Source: Bugula neritina (taxonomy: Eukaryota; Animalia; Bryozoa). Taken from it: DNA of 64,000 bases. Below, piece after piece: positions 50,376 through 63,975 of the stretch. A program made the translations under genes and the position numbers. The first letter of the stretch is position 1; each line of letters begins with the position of its first letter. The notes below the pieces were generated by a model. That model did not search any database and was not told the DNA's origin. It worked only from the letters and a program-made list of their open reading frames with translations. The stretch lies in NCBI GenBank assembly GCA_964035545.1, contig OZ037768.1, positions 21,249,700-21,313,699 on the forward strand, in the 5' to 3' direction.

Positions 50376-50785
50376 TGTAGTGAATTTTGCCAGTTCACTA
50401 TTATTATGTGTGGGTTAACTTAGACAAAGCCACTGCACAAGGTTGTTTACGATAAGATACACTTTATTATTTACACAAATACAAGAAGGTTATTTACTGC
50501 TAGCATGAATAGAAAACTGTTACATAATTAATGAGCTTTAACACACAACTACTCTAAATGAAGTCCCAAGCTGCTCTGCCGGCTAGCTACTCAGCGCACT
50601 GCAACTACGAGTAGCTAGCTCCACCTGCTATCAATTAGTGTGACTGTCCTGATTGGTGGTTACTAGTGGTGCCACTGCTGTCCATAGCTACACCCCGACA
50701 GTGTCGAACTCGCAAGATAATAAACAATATGAAGTGAACCTTTTCGATTAAAACAATAATACTTGCACCACTAAAATCTATCACA
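50376..50785 (-). repeat. 5' LTR of the outer element (410 bp)
   Basis: Direct repeat of 38776-39185; adjacent to the PBS and gag. Confidence 0.97.
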
Positions 50786-52583
50786 ATACTTATAAGGATA
50801 ATTGATTATTATCAAACAATTGTTAACAATATAAATATTGTTACATAAACGCTCAGACTCAAAATTACATTAGATACTAAATAATTACATTTACACAACT
50901 ATTTTAACTAATCCAGTAAGTGAAAGTTGAATTGATTAGCCTTAGTCTTATACTTATATAAGACTGATGTGAATGCCAATATTCAAATTGTTTTTAGTGC
51001 TATTGTACTTGTGACTATGGCCTGACTATATAAACATAGTTCTTATCTAAATTAGTAAATATCAGATAACCATAATAAATAATATTATTAATACTGCAAC
51101 AATAAACTGTTCAATAACACCAAAAAATGCACTGGTATGACTTTTGCCATTTTGTACTTTTATTTTTAATTTGCAATTGATTATGCAGATAGGTCACTAA
51201 CATATTGACATATAGGCATAGCTGTATGAAAACTTGAGGTCAACATTACAATTATATTGTTGGTACAATTTGAATTTATTAACACTGACATTGATTTGTT
51301 TATGATAATTATTAGCTAGTGCTGGTAGAGTTATAGGCTAATGTTGTTTTAACTAGTAAATGTAATACTTTAGCTCTACACTTACTATTGTTTGAGTAAA
51401 AACTTCTGTTTTGTTGGGGAAGTTTGAAATAATTTGGTTAGCATGTTTTAAACAACATAATATATCTTTGTTTAGACTTATTGAAAATTCAGAAAATCTG
51501 GATAGTTTTTTCATTTAGCAAATAGTTTTAAATACTGTAACATTACCTTTTATAAAAAAATGAACATAACTGTTAGATAAATGCATTATCAAAGTACATT
51601 TTCTGAAGCTATAGTGACTTTTGCTAGATACTTTCAACTTTTTATTACTTCAGTATTCTGGTTTTGCAATACACATAACTTTTTTTGCTACATTTCCAAT
51701 CTTAAGCACAGACTTTTCTCAATTTTTCGTTACTGCACATGCCATCATAAGACTAGATTACATAGATTATATTAATATCAAGTTTGCTACTGGTGGTAGC
51801 AGACTGAATATTTTTTTAGCAAAGAAATTGTCAAATTATTTCTGTAAATTTATTTGTCAAGAGGTAGACTTGTTAATGCTGTAAGGCAAGTTATGTCTAT
51901 TAAATAAATAATTTTATAACAAATAATTTTTTTAGATATATGTATGAAAGTGTACTTGCAAATTGCAACTATTGAAATCATGAAGGGGAAAGGCTTAATG
52001 ACAGAAAATTTAAGATCTAGCAGAATTTTCAACAGGTTTTTTTGGCTACAACTAGTGTAAGCACTAGGAATAAATGTTTGTGTGTTGCAATATGCTGGGT
52101 CATCTGCAAATTGTTTTTGAAAGCTTTACGCATCAGCCTCCAAGACTATATTATATTCGAGTATTTTTATTCAAACAAAAACAAACAAAAAACATTTTTA
52201 ATTTTGAAAGGAATGCTGATGTGCAAGTTGCGTTTATGTGGCACTATAAAAATGTAGTCGCAATGTTGCAGTGTGTTATATCTGGTCTTTAGACTATTGT
52301 AATCACTCATTTAATCATGGCTTTATAAAAGTTGATTTTCTTAGAAGATGCAGGATGAAAATTCAGCAAGAAAATTGTTTTTAAACCATTGATTTGTTTT
52401 TAAAAACTCCTATGTGGACAGATAATTGTGAGTTGAAAATGTGAAATAATAAAAGTAGGTAGTTGAGACTATAAGATGATACTGTATTACTAGTTGGAGT
52501 ATGCAAGTTTACTCATTGATGTTATATTAGACTGTGTTGTTTTGGCAGCAAGATGCAGCACTGTGTGAGTTGAAACTACTACA

Positions 52584-55500
52584 ATGGCAGCTGCACCATT
52601 AGCCAACTTATCCTTACTTAGCAGAGGGATTGGGGAGGTGCAGCATGGCGGCCATGAAAAGATAGAAGTAAAGCTAGAGCCTGAGGTATTACTATTTCCA
52701 ATTGCAGCATAAGGCTATTTAGCTGACATTTGTTCTTTGTTTACTATTCTATGAATTATTTGAGATTTATTTTATATTCTTTAGTCACTCAAGTGTGTAA
52801 ATTAATAGATGTCTGATTTCTAATCAATAACTTCTGTTGTTTCGCTTCTCTTTCGCTATTATTCTTCCAGTCTAAATCACAAAACACATTCATTACTGTA
52901 TACTCAGTGTGTTGGTATTTTATATTAAGCCCTGACTTGTATTCTTAAAAGTTTAATTATTTTATTAATTATTTTATTAATATTTATGTTTGGATGTGTA
53001 GATTTATACTAATACCAACATCTACGATGTCTGCTACGTTCACCTTTCACCGGAATCCCCTCTACTGATATTCTTCTTTTTTAAATATGCTCTTATTTGG
53101 CTTTTTGCTCTAGTCAAACACCGGGATTACTATTCTTTCTAGTTCTGCTTGTTTCTCTGATATTTTACAGAAAACATTATCATCTTCAAATTAGTCACTG
53201 TCCTCATTTCTTTTGCTCTCTGCTCTAACATGATTGTATTCACAGGATTATAATAACTGGCTAGAAGACAGCAGACGAGTTTGGAATTTACCTGCCTTGC
53301 TGCCACCAATAAAGTCATCACTTCCACCTACATTCCACAATGACGCTGCCACAGACCACGGTGCCGAGTCTCTCCCCTCTCACCGCAGCAAGCTGGTGCC
53401 CGCTACACATGATGTGGTATGCTTATGTGTGTCATTTTATACTGCCTTAACTTTCCATTAATCGTGAAGCTGTGAATAAACCTTTTGAAGTACATTTTAA
53501 CTTAAAAAAATTTTGAGGTTGGTAAAACATTTTTTGTAATCTGGTTAATAGAGATTTGTCAGCATAAGTTTATTTTTGAAATATTTTTTTATAATATAAG
53601 TGTTTTCCAGAATATATTACAGAAACATTTATTAGCAACAGTCACATTTTTTGAAACACTAATTGAATTTTTGTAATTGAATTTTGTTAACTGTCTCCTG
53701 TATTATGTACCACTCTATGTGAACTAATGGTATATCATCTACTTAGGCAAAGGAGTACTTCAACATTTTATTATGTAGTAAAATATTAGTCTATTAATTC
53801 CATATGTGCAAGAATTTTAAATGTTTGCAACATTTTTAGCATTAAAAGTCTATTTGCAATAATTTAGCATCGAATAAAAACTTCAAATTATTTAGGGAAA
53901 TAAGTCGCAAATATCATGTGACATCAGATTACAGATTTGGGTGTGTTAAAAAGATATTATTTTGTAGAACAATAGCTGTAGAACCTGATATGCAAATTGG
54001 GTATTTTGTTGGCATGCTACAAATAAGTTTTATGTGTTGTTGAATTCTTGTTAGAAGTATTCTAAAGTTTATCTGCCCAAGACTTTCACGACGCGGAAGG
54101 GGGCTCTGCTGCTCTTTTCGGAGGACTTCGCTAGTAGGAGACTTTCTGAGGAAACTCGTGACCTGGCGAAGTCGCAGAAGCGGGCTCCTTCTCCTGAACT
54201 CCGTACTGTCGACGACTTAGCTCGATCTATACTAGCTTATGGGGCTTCAAAAGTAAGTCTGTCTGTATGTTGACTTGTCTGTCTGTTGGTCTGTTTGTGC
54301 ATCTGCTTGCATGTCTGTACATCTTCTTGTATGTCTGTTAGTCTGATTCATTCTAATATAATATGTTTTGTAATTGATATTTACCGTCTATTTAGATTTG
54401 CCATGGTTTACATCGTGTGAATATAACCCTGGGTATATTTTAATGTTTTTCTTTGAATGTTTTGACTTCTTTGATTTAAAAAATTATTGAATTTGCAGTA
54501 TCTCCATGTAGTAACCTACTACCTATGTTGGTCTTATTAAATACATTTACACAGTACTTCTATTACTCTTAACAAATCTAATATATTATTTAGTCGTTCA
54601 GCTACAGCGGTGAGCATACTATTCCTTCCGATGAAGTCTACCTCGGGTTTGGAAAGAGTCGAACTAACAAGTATTATGAGCGGCAATACAAACCCGGATT
54701 CTCAGCTAAACGTTACCTTTCCAGCTGGACTAAGTTATGGGACCACCATTTGCTCAACAAGATTACTAGTAAAGGTTTGTTTACTGTCGTGTCCTGATGG
54801 GTGGCGTAAAGGTCATTACTTTAATTTGAAACATATCTATTTCTCTAAATTTTCATAAATAAACAGATAAAAATATCGCATAATATTTCGATATGACTTT
54901 TATACAGTTTTTATCGGTGATGTGATTATCTGGTTTTCAGTTCCCATAGTCTTGGTAACAGCCATTGATGTCTAAGTGTCTTTTCCTCACACTGTAGGAT
55001 ATATCAAGCCAGTACCATTTCAGAAGAAGAGTGATTATGACGTGTCTGGAATACCTCTACCATACAGAATTCTACGACAGTGGTTGTTTGCACCTGGCAC
55101 CATTGACGGCTACACTTTTTACAGACAGAACAAGTATGAGCAGGTGCCCTCTAGAGAACCTACCATCATTGGTTAGTATGTCATCTGCCATGTGTCACTT
55201 GCTAAGCACTGTCACGATACATTGTAATCTGTCACAATATGCTGTAACCTGCCATGGCATGCTATAACCTGTCACAATACACTATGACCTGCCACAATAC
55301 GGTATAGTCTGTCACAATATACTATAACCTGTCACAGTACATCATGACCTGTCACAACATGCTATAACATGTAACAATGCACTATAGTACATTATAAAAA
55401 AGCTTTATGTGATGCCCTTTGAATACTGATATAACCATGTAATACTATTCGACGCAAAGAACTTGTTGAATAAATCAAACTCTAACTCTCCTGATGTGCC

Positions 55501-58500
55501 GTTTAGTTTCACGTTTCCTGTATTAATTTAAACGAAAATTGTTGGCAAAGAGTTGATGGAGGTCTTCCTTCACCCGACACTCTTTATACAATTTGAAAGC
55601 TTGTAATTTTCTAACTCTTCTGGAATAATGCGTTTTATACTGTAGAAGTACATAAAAACAGAACTGTCCAGAAATGATTACTTTTTACCCTAACATATGT
55701 ATTTAGGTGAAGCATTTCTTTCCCATCACAAAGTAATTTTTTCCTGCTGCACACATTTTTACATACAGCTTAAAGTCTGTAAATCTCAGGATTTGTGGTT
55801 ATATGAAATGCTCTGTGATAAAAAAAACCTTTAAATATTCAAATAGAGATGCGAGAGCATGTGTTTTCATCTGCCACTTATTCAGAGTATTAACAAAGCT
55901 GTTGGTGTTGTTGTGCAGTAGTTGAAGAGACACCTCGACCAATCAGTGTTGAGACTGAGATCAGTGCGGGCTCTATACAAGTATCTAGTCTAATAGCCAA
56001 TAAGGATATGAATTACAAAGAGTTGGACAACTCCACTAAGGAAAGCATACTGACGGAGCTGCTCGTGAAGAGTGCCATTACTCATGCTATTAAGAAGCAA
56101 AAGGTTTGTTCTTCTCCTTGTTCTCTTTATCATATATGAGTTTTGGTGCAGACGTCAAGTTTATTTTGAGTTTCTGTATTAATAAAACATTTACTATGTA
56201 ATCTTCCTACAGACTTCTTTTAAGCATGTAATTGAAACTTACATTAAACTCTTTTCACCTATCTATATAATTTTTTTCAAAAATCATAAGTTTGAAATGC
56301 AATTATATTAAAATGATTTTAATGGAGAATCTGTAGTATACAAACACAGTTTTTTAAAGTAAACTTTATTAAAATGTTTCATATTCTGTGCAGTGATTTT
56401 TTATGCTCTGTGAGTGGTATCTTTTTATTTACTTCTTTGCTAAGAGATTCTACAGTTTTATCTTGGTAATAGTATCATTGTTTTATTTTTAACTGTTTAT
56501 GTGTTAGCTATTCAAACCCAATAAAGTTTTCAAATTGTATTTAAATAATTTCTGAATAAGTCCACACATTTTTCTTTTCATAATCTAAAGTCATTCTGAT
56601 CAGGTTACAACACAGAAGATGGGATATTTTATGATGTGCTATTTTTAATCATTTGGCATATTTTTAAAAATCATATTGTTTTAGAATATGTTCTTTCTCG
56701 TCTTATTATGTAACTGTATATTACACTTAGGAATATCAAGAAACAGTGTCCAAGAACCTTGACGATGAGGAGGCAAAGAGAGAGGCTAGTGCCAAGCTGT
56801 ATGAGTTTGACATGATGAATGCCATCCAATCAGCTTTAGACAACTCTGTGCTGCCAACAGTCACTTACAGTAACATTGAATCTCAAGAAATCATTCCTAC
56901 TGAACATCCTAAAAAGAGTCTATATCAAGGGTTTCGAGGAGTCAAAGGAATCGGTTTGCGTGTATCTCCCACTAGTAGTTCAGGTGAGTTTTGTTTATTA
57001 TTACACTCTGTTAATTCGTTGTTTGCTAGTCAACTATTTTTTGATCAGAGTTAAAAACTAGTTTGATAAAAGCTGAAAAGCAAAGTCGTTTTTCCTTTTA
57101 CGTTTATTAGTTTCTGACAGTATATACATTTATTCCATTATATATTTAATCTATGTATATCCAAACCAGCTGCTTTGAAGCATTATTTGGATATTTTAAA
57201 TTAGGAAATGCTATTATATAAGATTCATATAGCTAAATATATGTTGAAATTATTGTTGCCTAACAATAAAGTCGTGGAAAACATTATTTAAAATATTTTC
57301 TCAACTGATATTCTAACTCATCTACATGTCAGGTGCATTTGGCCATCATGTGGCACACATACTGTGATATAGCAAACACACAAACGTGTCATAAAGTACA
57401 ATTATTTAATTTCAGCTGAATTTCCTTTGACTATAAAGTCACCATTTGAAGATAGACACAGGGTGTTACCTCCAATAAGGCAAGAGAAGGACAGGCTATC
57501 AGGGTGGACGAGTATTGGTGATGAAATCCCGGAAATTCCCACAGCAACTTATCCTTCCTATACTCAAATGCACAAACCAGTCTCTTTGTTGGGTAAGTAT
57601 ATAAGTATAAAGTGTATATCTACCTGGATAAGTATTTTAAGGTACAGTGTAAATGATTGAGCGTTGAATCTAGCAACTTGTTATTATGTTGTATTGCATC
57701 GCAGCTGTTTTAGAAGATTTTAGCTTTGTGGGGAATTTTTCAGTACTTTTTTTATCGTCTACATGTTTTGCAACTTTTGCTCTAGCTGTATCAGTGTGTC
57801 ACATTTTATCCCTGATGTACGAAATACTACATTGCCTCTCATATTGTTTAGCACAGGACTCATCTGTTACTACTGAATACATTTCATTTATTAATTTAAT
57901 AGTTTTTTCAAGTTGGTGAAACTACTTTATGTTCTTGATAATTTACAATAAGGCTTTGTATTGTAATGATTAATAAAATATTCAGCATGTTTCTATGTTA
58001 TGTATGTTGTGGCTATCACTAGATGGTGATGAAGAGTACAGCAGTTGGAGAAAGTCTGTACTAAGTTCTAGAAATAATGTGGCTATGGTTGCGGAGGAGG
58101 CCAGCAAACCCCCCAAGTCACTGTCTAAGTTCAACATGGACAGTAAGTCTTGGTCAAATACCGTTATAGCTTGGTAATGTAAATTAGCACCCCAAATCTA
58201 TGGAGGTATTATAATAATAACTAAATTTATGAATTGGAGTTAACTTTTAAAAAAATGGTTTGCCATGTTCATCAGCATCTCCCACGGTTACCACGGTAAC
58301 TGAAGAATGTGAGTATTATAAATATAGTCGCTGCCTTGATGTGTATTCTTGTATTGTGATAGTTGTACAGATGATTTTTGTCCCTTTCAAGTTGTTGTCT
58401 GCCATAACCATCAAACTTAGAATTAATTATATTTTTAATAAACTTCACTCAGCAGAAAGCCAGAGAGGTTAGGTTAAGATTCAGTTGAATAATATTTTCA

Positions 58501-61500
58501 AGAATTAAATTTGAAAGTTTTAGGTCATCATACTGTTTGTTTAGTTAGCTCTACTTAGCCATTTAGCAATGCTGATCCTATTGGCTTAGCATTATGTCAA
58601 ACTCCATTGCCATTTTATATATGTTGAAACTTGAAACTTATATAGATTATTTAGTTGGTGTTATATAATATGCAATACAGTTATATGAAGAGGTCTTGGC
58701 TAGTGAGCATTAACCCACATGGTTTCTCAGCTTTTTACTGTAAATATTCTGTGCAATTTTAACAGTGTCACTTTAGACATCTTACTGTAGTTATGAGCCT
58801 TGCTTCGACTTTTGGGTCAATTAAACTAAGCTCCGAGCATTAGATTATACTGTTTCCTGTCAAAGTTGCACACTTTCCATTAGATGTCTTTCTTCACCGA
58901 GCATGACGTCATTTCCTGTGCTTGTTTAGATGTAGATAGTGTCGGTGCCGATACTGCTGCCGCTGTAACTGTTTTAGCCACTGATGGTGGCAGTACTAAT
59001 AGTAGTGTGCTAGATTTAGTTGATGCTAATACTGCTGCTGCCTCTAACACACCTAACACTCCACACAGTGCGGCATCATCAGAGAAATTAGTTGTGGAAA
59101 AGCCAGTGATTCAACAAAGTGCAGGTTTGCATTCAGCTTTATAGATATATATACAAATACATTAGCATAATGAGATTTTTATTGAATTATCCAATAATGA
59201 TTTTATACCAGTGCAGTAATGAAAGAACGTCATGAAAATATAGGATACAGTTCTTTTCACAATTATTAAAGAAACAAAACTGGACAGCTAAAAAGGGTAA
59301 ACCTCTATTCGTAATTGTTCTGTAAAAGTTGAAGAAGTAATCTTTTTTTAGTGACAAACCAAGCTTTTATAATACTATTCAAAGAGATGACAATTACAAA
59401 CTTAATGAGGCTGAAAACTTGGTTTGTGAAATTATAAAACATATTTAATGATTTATGATTGGTTTTCATAACAGATCAATGTTAATATTTGCATTGCCTG
59501 CTTTTATTAACTTAAAAATATGTTATTACATGACACTTTCAATAGAGTTCTGGATTAATTTTTACAAAATCTGTTTACTCAATAATCCCATGATGCTAAT
59601 ATATTAATTTGGACAACGAAATATTATAAGGCATCTATGTTTACTAATTGCGTGCTTCCATCTAAACCTACATTCAAAACTTATGTTTTATTCATTCGTG
59701 AAACTTTGTTGGTAATGGCTTTATGTCACTTTGATTCTTGATAGAAACTAACTCCTTAGTGGGGGTGCGAGGAAATGCTGCTGCTGACGCAATGCCAGCA
59801 GCAGCAACTGTGTCACACCAACCGGCAGCTAATGGACCCACGGCTACTCCTGGGGCACCTGTGGCCACAACTCACAAAGGAGAACATTTTAGTAACGCCT
59901 TGGACTCTCTTGGGTCCCCGAGTTTAGTTCATACTTCTAAATCTCGTACTAAAGTCAAAAGATCTAAGCAACTGGCTTCAAATAATACTAACATTCAATC
60001 AACATCTCCTAATTTAGCTAAGTCGTCTGAGAAAATCATTAGTGATGAAGGTAGGAATGTGAAGAATTTCTCGGCAGATCTTTCTAGCAGACGGCAAAGT
60101 GGTACGACTCAACTGGATATCTCAATTGCAGCTCTTGCTGATTCAGCAGACGTTACAAATTCTGTGAAACCCCAGTCTATCGTAGGCGAAGATCCCCAGT
60201 CTATCATAGGTGAGGATTCTCAGTCTATTGTGGGTGAGGATCAAGTAAGAGCCAGTCTATTGGCTGTGCCCAACAACGCAGCACAGAATTCGTCTGCTGA
60301 GAGCAAAACTCCTGCCAGCCTTTTCTCTAGTGCCTTGATTCTTGACACTTCGATTGGAAGTTACTCTACTGAAGAGGTGAAACCAACAACAGAGACCAAA
60401 GTGAATAGTGTGGATTTATTCAATCAAGGCTAGTTGAATTTGTTATTTATAGGGGGGGGGGAGGTTATTTATTTTAGGGAGGGGGTGTTGCAGAATACTT
60501 ACACCCGTTTCCATTTGCAAACTTATAGCTTATTGCTGTTTGATTATTTTGTCAATATTATGTACTGACCTTTTCATGCTAGTTTATTTAAATTTAGCTC
60601 AAAGAGCTTTGTGGGCAAGACACAGGTATGGGAAAGAGTCGAGAAGTATAGTCTCGGAAACACTACCAGAGATTCTACAATATTCTGCTTCTAGTTCATG
60701 CTTTTTGCTATGACTTCTAACAGTTAACCTGATTGATTCGCAGCTTTAGCTTTGATTTTGCTTGTAACTTGGCTAATTCATACTTTGGTGGTAGACACTA
60801 ATATCCGTAGATGGTCGTAGGCTGAGTTAGTTATCAGTATAGTGTATTGTTAGTAAGTAGAGCTTATACCATAGAGGGTTTAGTTGATTGTTAACAATAG
60901 TAGTATGTTAGAACTTTTGCGATTTTTTTTTTGTTAGACGTAATAGCGATTTGTTTTTACACGTTGTTTAGTTGGACTTGATGCGGAAGATGATAAAAAG
61001 TCTGTCATATCTACAATGTCTATGTTGTCATTGACCTCTAAAAGAAGCAGGTTTAGTGGCTCAAGTGTTGATGCTCCTTATACTAAAGGGATCACTGCAA
61101 GACAAGGTAATGCTTGCTCTAAATATTCTTTAGTAATTTTAAAAGATTGTAAATTTTGGTCAAGAGCAAAATTTATAGTTTATATTTGATTTAATTCTAT
61201 TTTCAGAGTTTTTTTTAGATTTTATAGTGCAAAAGTTTTTGTAATTTTATTTTATCTGTTATATGTTGCATTCATAAAAACTAAAATTTTCCAGTTGTGA
61301 CTAAAAGAAAGTGTGATGGTAAACTTATGAATTCTCGTCAATCACTCACAAGTAGTACATCATGGTTGAAACTTTTAATTAAAAGACATAAAGAATTGTG
61401 ATTACTTCATAGGTTGTTATATAATATAAAACTGTTTAGTAGAAAGAACTGTTTTTATCTCATCTATGTATTTCACTGAAATAACTTTCACAGATCCTAA

Positions 61501-63975
61501 CAGCGGGTTATTGAAAGGTAAGGGCAATCTTGTGTGTGTTGAAGTATTCTGTCATATTTCACAGCTCAGTTTGAGTGCACGCAACTCTTTAACCAATCAT
61601 TTGCAATGGCTTCCGTGACTCATTAAGAGTGACTGATTATAAATGCATTATTAAGGATGAACCTATTTAGTGTTTCCAGTCATGAGTTTGGGCGTAGGTT
61701 GAAGTGCTGCTTTAGTATAACGCTGCTGCTGTAGACAATGATTTAAGTATTAACTAGCTGCGTTAGGCTATTTGCTGATAGAGTGTAGATTGTGACTCGT
61801 TGCTAAAAATAATTTCTTGTTCCGTTGCTCTTTTATGTGTAATTTATCAACAGGTTAAAATTCTCTTCTCCAATCTTAAAACTTAAATTACATACTTATT
61901 CTGGGTGTAGTTTATCTCACTCATACACAAATTGAGATATTTCTTTCAAATATTTTACAGTAGCTTCAAAAAAATAAATAAAATTATTGAACAATTTTTG
62001 TTAGCGTATTTTGTAAGAAAAACTCTGTGCTTGCTATTTGCATTTTAAAGGCTGCTTGTGCTTGGAGAGGTCAACTATTAAAGATATTAAAAAAATTATT
62101 TATATTTATTCAGCTATAAAATTTCAATTTATAACGCAGAATATTGCTAGTAGCTGCATTGTGTGCTTCATATCTGCCAATGATCTCCAACTTAAATCTG
62201 TGAATATTTTATATTCGTAGTCGACTTAGTGGCTGATGAGAATGACCCGACAACTGCCATTACATCGTGGAAGTACAACGTTCAGCAGGTGGAGCTTTAC
62301 GCTGACAAAGTCAAAATAGGTAACTCTAACATGCATCGTGTGTTGACGCGATGTGCCATCGTATGATATGCTATGGTATCGTATAGTGTGATATGCTATG
62401 GTATCGTATAGTGTGATATCATATGGTATTGAATAGTATCGTATGGTGTGATATGATAGGGTATTAAATGGTACCATGTGGTATCATGGTGGTACAATCG
62501 ATGATTTGAATCTCCTAAGAGGAAAAATGTTTGTCAGGTTGACTTTATTTGAACAAATTTATAGAGGAACTAGTGGAGCCAGTAGAGAGTGTTGTTGAGG
62601 CGAGCCCCTCCCCACCCCCTCCCGATGTGGACAGCTCTGCATCTGAGTTGGAGCCAAGTCTAGCAGAAGAATCACTGGCAGAAATAGAGAAGGAGGATCC
62701 TGTAGTAATAGAGATTCCCACACCCCCTATCTCAGTGCCCTCAGCGGAGGAGTGTCTCACACCCCCCTCTCCTGCTGCCCTCATCACTGGTTAGTTGGCT
62801 CTACTGTTTCAGCTATTATATACTATTTTATAAACACCATATTATTAGGTACCAAAGTATTAGTACATACACACTATGTTATTATAACTATTTTATAAGT
62901 AGATTTTGTAGCCTACTATACTATTAATACATACGCATCACATTATTGTATAATATATACCTAAGTATTAATACATACACACTATATTATTGTATATTAT
63001 ATACTAAATTATTCATGGGCATTTTTTATCTTTAAGTTAAACGGCTAAATATAGCAAAAGCAGAACAAAGCAAAAACATGGTATACATCAAATTTGTAAG
63101 AGTTTGCAAATTTTGAATAACACGAGAATTTATGAAGTCGTTGTTTTAGACCTGCACATAATGCTCTACACTCTATACGCACTATATCTCTCTTAGGAAG
63201 TCACCTATTCCCTCTAACTACTTTATACTATATTATACTTACAGTTTTATTAAATTATAATTATATTCAGCTTTACTGAGCTGAATATGTATGTTGACAG
63301 AATAAACCACTATACTCATATTTAGTAGTTTAAGTTAGCTGCATGATGTCTTTATATAACAATGAACATGTTAGATGAGCTCCAGTGAACTTTTTGGTGA
63401 CACAGATAGTACAATGTTCTTGCATACGACTCTTGTGTTTCAGTAGAGAGCCCTGTCAAGGTCAGCGAGCAAGAGTTCATGGAGGTGCTGACGGAGCAGG
63501 CCAGAGAAATTGCTAAAGCCATTCTGGACGGTAGTTCAGAGGCAGGCGAGGATTTGGCACTCGATGCAAAGGTGACATTCTGTGACGTGTTGTGACATAG
63601 TGTGACACTCTGTTACATGTTGTGACATTCTTTTTATGTCACTTAGCGTGATACTATGTGACATGGTTTGAATTTTTTTAGGATAAAACTGTGTGTGACC
63701 TAATGTGATACAATGCAACATGATACCACAGTGTGTGACATGATACCACAGTGTGTGACATGATTTTGATGTCGCACACTTTAACATAATTTATGATACA
63801 TATTATTATTTTTCATTTAGTGTTCATTTTCTCTTTGTTTAATTGTAGAACTATCTTACAAGTTGGTTTGTGTTTGTAGGCTGCTGCAGAAATGCTTATG
63901 AGCAACTTACCAGATGCTAGCTCGGGCACACCGTCAGCTAGAACACAGTCTAAGATTGGAGATGGAGAGAATGAG
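52584..63975 (+). CDS. KIAA2012: KIAA2012-like uncharacterised protein, 5' part (gene continues beyond the window)
   Basis: Exons 52584-52685, 53246-53416, 54055-54252, 54594-54774, 54998-55171, ~55919-56103, 56731-56983, 57416-57592, 58023-58142, 58930-59124, 59745-~60428, 60972-61106, 61494-61517, 62221-62319, ~62565-62789, ~63444-63571, 63880-63975. N-terminal motifs LSLLSRG.G..KIEVKLEPEDYNNW, LPKTFTTRKGALLLFSE, ELRTVDDLARSILAYG and PGFSAKRYL match the KIAA2012 N-terminus as recalled. Later low-complexity exons rest on splice phase only. Confidence 0.8.
55209..55387. repeat. 20-bp minisatellite (~9 copies, CTGTCACAATAYRCTATAAC) just after a splice donor
   Basis: Degenerate tandem copies visible directly. 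Confidence 0.85.
62358..62490. repeat. Degenerate 5-bp repeat (ATGGT/ATAGT/ATCGT) just after a splice donor
   Basis: Periodicity visible; it produces the spurious ORF 62226-62477. Confidence 0.75.
63572..63770. repeat. Degenerate 10/20-bp repeat with a TGTGACA core, starting at a splice donor
   Basis: GTGACANNNT units. The core is the reverse complement of the TGTCAC core at 55209-55387. Confidence 0.75.

Larger units (their letters stand above)
38776..50785 (-). mobile_element. Outer Ty3/Gypsy LTR retrotransposon (gag, -1 frameshift, PR-RT-RH-IN), disrupted by a nested insertion
   Basis: Two 410-bp LTRs, TG..CA ends, 4-bp TSD ATAC (38772-38775 / 50786-50789), tRNA-Leu PBS, gag and pol ORFs. 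Confidence 0.97.
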
